Shown one piece after another: positions 62,208-64,000 of a stretch of DNA of 64,000 bases. Each line of letters begins with the position of its first letter. Within the stretch, counting starts at the first letter, position 1. The notes below the pieces were generated by a model. That model searched no databases, was not told the DNA's origin, and saw nothing but the letters and a program-made list of their open reading frames with translations. Origin of the DNA: Meyerozyma guilliermondii (taxonomy: Eukaryota); the NCBI GenBank assembly GCA_051546255.1, contig CP128818.1, positions 992,001 to 1,056,000 of the forward strand. Reading direction: 5' to 3'. The position numbers and the translations under genes are program-made.

Positions 62208-64000
62208 ATGGGGCTCGAACACGCTAAAATATTCGGTGAAAGTGTTGGATATGGCATGGTTGTTGGAGTTGGTTTCGCTTTTGCCGTGATAATGGTGGGC
62301 GTAACCAAACTCTTGTCTGTATTCTTCAACGAAATCCAGGACTCGGAAATGTTGATGACGGCGAAGCGCAGTATCAAGACCGGCTTGATCGCTTCAGCAG
62401 TGATCAGTTCGTGGACAATTGGTTCCACTTTGCTATTATCATGTACCGCTGCTTACTCCAACGGCATCTCAAGCGCATATTGGTATGGTGCCGGGGCATG
62501 TGTGCAGATAATCTTCTTCAGTATGTTGGCACTCGAAATCAAAAAAAAGGCACCCAACTGCCACACGTACCAGGAAGTGGTACGAACAAGATACGGCGCA
62601 CCTACACACATTGTCTCTATTGTGTACTCTGTAATTCAGATGGTGTGCTATACCACCAACTTGTTGATCAACGGATCGTCAATATTTTCAGCCATCACAG
62701 GCATGAACAGAGACGCAGCTATTGTGTTGTTTCCTGTTGGCGTTATCATCTACACTTTAATGGGAGGCATCAAGGCCACCTTCCTCACCGACTGGACTCA
62801 TACCGTGATTTTATACTGTCTTGTGCTTGCATTTCTATTCAACTGCTATGCAACTAGCGACATCGTGGGCTCCCCTGGTGCCTTGTGGGATCTTTTGGTG
62901 GAGGCTTCTGAAAGGCGGCCTATCGCTGGGAATGCTCTGGGGAGCTTGTTGACGTTCAACTCTGTTCAAGGCGGTCTCTTTGGCTTGGTTCTTTTTGGTG
63001 CTGGCTTTGCAGCAGCTTGCGACTCACAGCTTTTTCAAAAGGCCATTGCTGCCGACCCCAAGTATTTGGTAAGAGGGTACATTTTGGGAGGGCTAGCGTG
63101 GTTCTCGTTGCCATTCTGCTTGTCCACAACGATGGGTTTGGCTGCTGCCGGCTTAGAAACACATCCCAGCTTTCCCACATTCCCAGACTTGATGTCTGCC
63201 GAGGAAATCGGCGCAGGCTTGGTGCTACCTTATGCAGCACAGGCGTTGATGGGCCGGTCTGGAGTGGCCATGGTGTTGACCATGATTTTCATGGCGGTTA
63301 CTGCTGCATTTTCTTCGGAAACGATCGCCATTTCCGCCATGGTCACCCACGACGTCTATAAGGCATACGTCAACCCAGACGCCAAAGGTGGCCGCTTGGT
63401 CTTGGTGTCACATGCGACGGTGATAGCATTCGGCATTGTTACTGTCGCCTTGGGTATTGGGCTTGCACATGCTGGGTTCGACGTTTCGTTCATCACCACT
63501 GCGTCGGGGATCATTGTTAACGTCAACATCGTAGCCATGGTGCTCACTTTGTACTGGAGGAAGATGTCGGGGTTTGCATACTCTGTGGGCACAGTGGTAT
63601 CTACCATGATCGCTTTAGCCGTGTGGATGGCCTACACGGTATCGCAGTCAGGATATATATCGTTGGCAACTCTTTCAACCAACGAAGCACTTGCCGCGGG
63701 AAACACCGTTGCCGTGGGCTGTCCGCTCATCGTGATTCCCATTCTCGTCTTTTTGAAGCCCGCAGACTTTGCGTGGGAAACTTGGCTCTCCATCAAGCAG
63801 GACGATAACACTGAGTTCGACAAGAAGCACGGGTTGGAGCATGTGTTATCGCAGGAAGATGCAACTGAAGCCGTCTTGATAGAGCACCAGAACAACGAGA
63901 CCATACTCAAGAGACAGTTCAAAATAGGTGCTGTTGCGTGCACCGTATTGATCTTGTTCTTTCTTGTTGTCTTCCCCATGCCCTTGTATGGCTCGAAGTA
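62208..64000 (+). CDS. DUR3-family sodium:solute symporter (urea/polyamine transporter-like), runs off window end
   Basis: Not in the ORF track because it has no stop in the window; manual translation MGLEHAKIFGESVGYGMVVGVGFAF...TAKRSIKTGLIASAVISSWT...YWYGAGACVQI...KKKAPNCHTYQEVVRTRYG, and the same frame ends FPMPLYGSK at the window edge. Confidence 0.88.
   Translation, partial: MGLEHAKIFGESVGYGMVVGVGFAFAVIMVGVTKLLSVFFNEIQDSEMLMTAKRSIKTGLIASAVISSWTIGSTLLLSCTAAYSNGISSAYWYGAGACVQIIFFSMLALEIKKKAPNCHTYQEVVRTRYGAPTHIVSIVYSVIQMVCYTTNLLINGSSIFSAITGMNRDAAIVLFPVGVIIYTLMGGIKATFLTDWTHTVILYCLVLAFLFNCYATSDIVGSPGALWDLLVEASERRPIAGNALGSLLTFNSVQGGLFGLVLFGAGFAAACDSQLFQKAIAADPKYLVRGYILGGLAWFSLPFCLSTTMGLAAAGLETHPSFPTFPDLMSAEEIGAGLVLPYAAQALMGRSGVAMVLTMIFMAVTAAFSSETIAISAMVTHDVYKAYVNPDAKGGRLVLVSHATVIAFGIVTVALGIGLAHAGFDVSFITTASGIIVNVNIVAMVLTLYWRKMSGFAYSVGTVVSTMIALAVWMAYTVSQSGYISLATLSTNEALAAGNTVAVGCPLIVIPILVFLKPADFAWETWLSIKQDDNTEFDKKHGLEHVLSQEDATEAVLIEHQNNETILKRQFKIGAVACTVLILFFLVVFPMPLYGSK

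Noticed and set aside
62111..63979. Several short ORFs suggesting a fragmented or pseudogenised gene
   Set aside because: They are alternate-frame or antisense shadows; the DUR3-like frame from 62208 is still in register at the window edge and was omitted from the track only for lacking a stop.

Overview
Yeast nuclear DNA from the CTG (CUG=Ser) clade; the ITS1/ITS2 sequence looks like Meyerozyma guilliermondii as I recall it (not database-checked). The window has three parts. (1) 1-14.7 kb, unique DNA: the 5' part of MGS1 divergent from OGG1, tRNA-Gly(TCC), then a compact six-gene cluster (Zn2Cys6 regulator, two tandem secreted arylsulfotransferase-family genes, a VBA/DHA2-type MFS transporter, two convergent SOA1-like MFS transporters) whose promoters carry Met31/32- and Cbf1-type motifs, suggesting a sulfur-scavenging module. 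(2) 14748-56583: an rDNA array of five 8267-bp units (5S on +; 18S-5.8S-25S on -) plus a 501-bp terminal redundancy, with both junctions to unique DNA visible. (3) 56.8-64 kb: a stand-alone urea-carboxylase-like biotin enzyme divergent from a LamB/YcsF (PxpA) gene, followed by a DUR3-family transporter with a GATAA-rich promoter, resembling the Aspergillus lamA/lamB lactam-utilisation locus. The short ORFs inside the rDNA and those overlapping the real genes are considered spurious.
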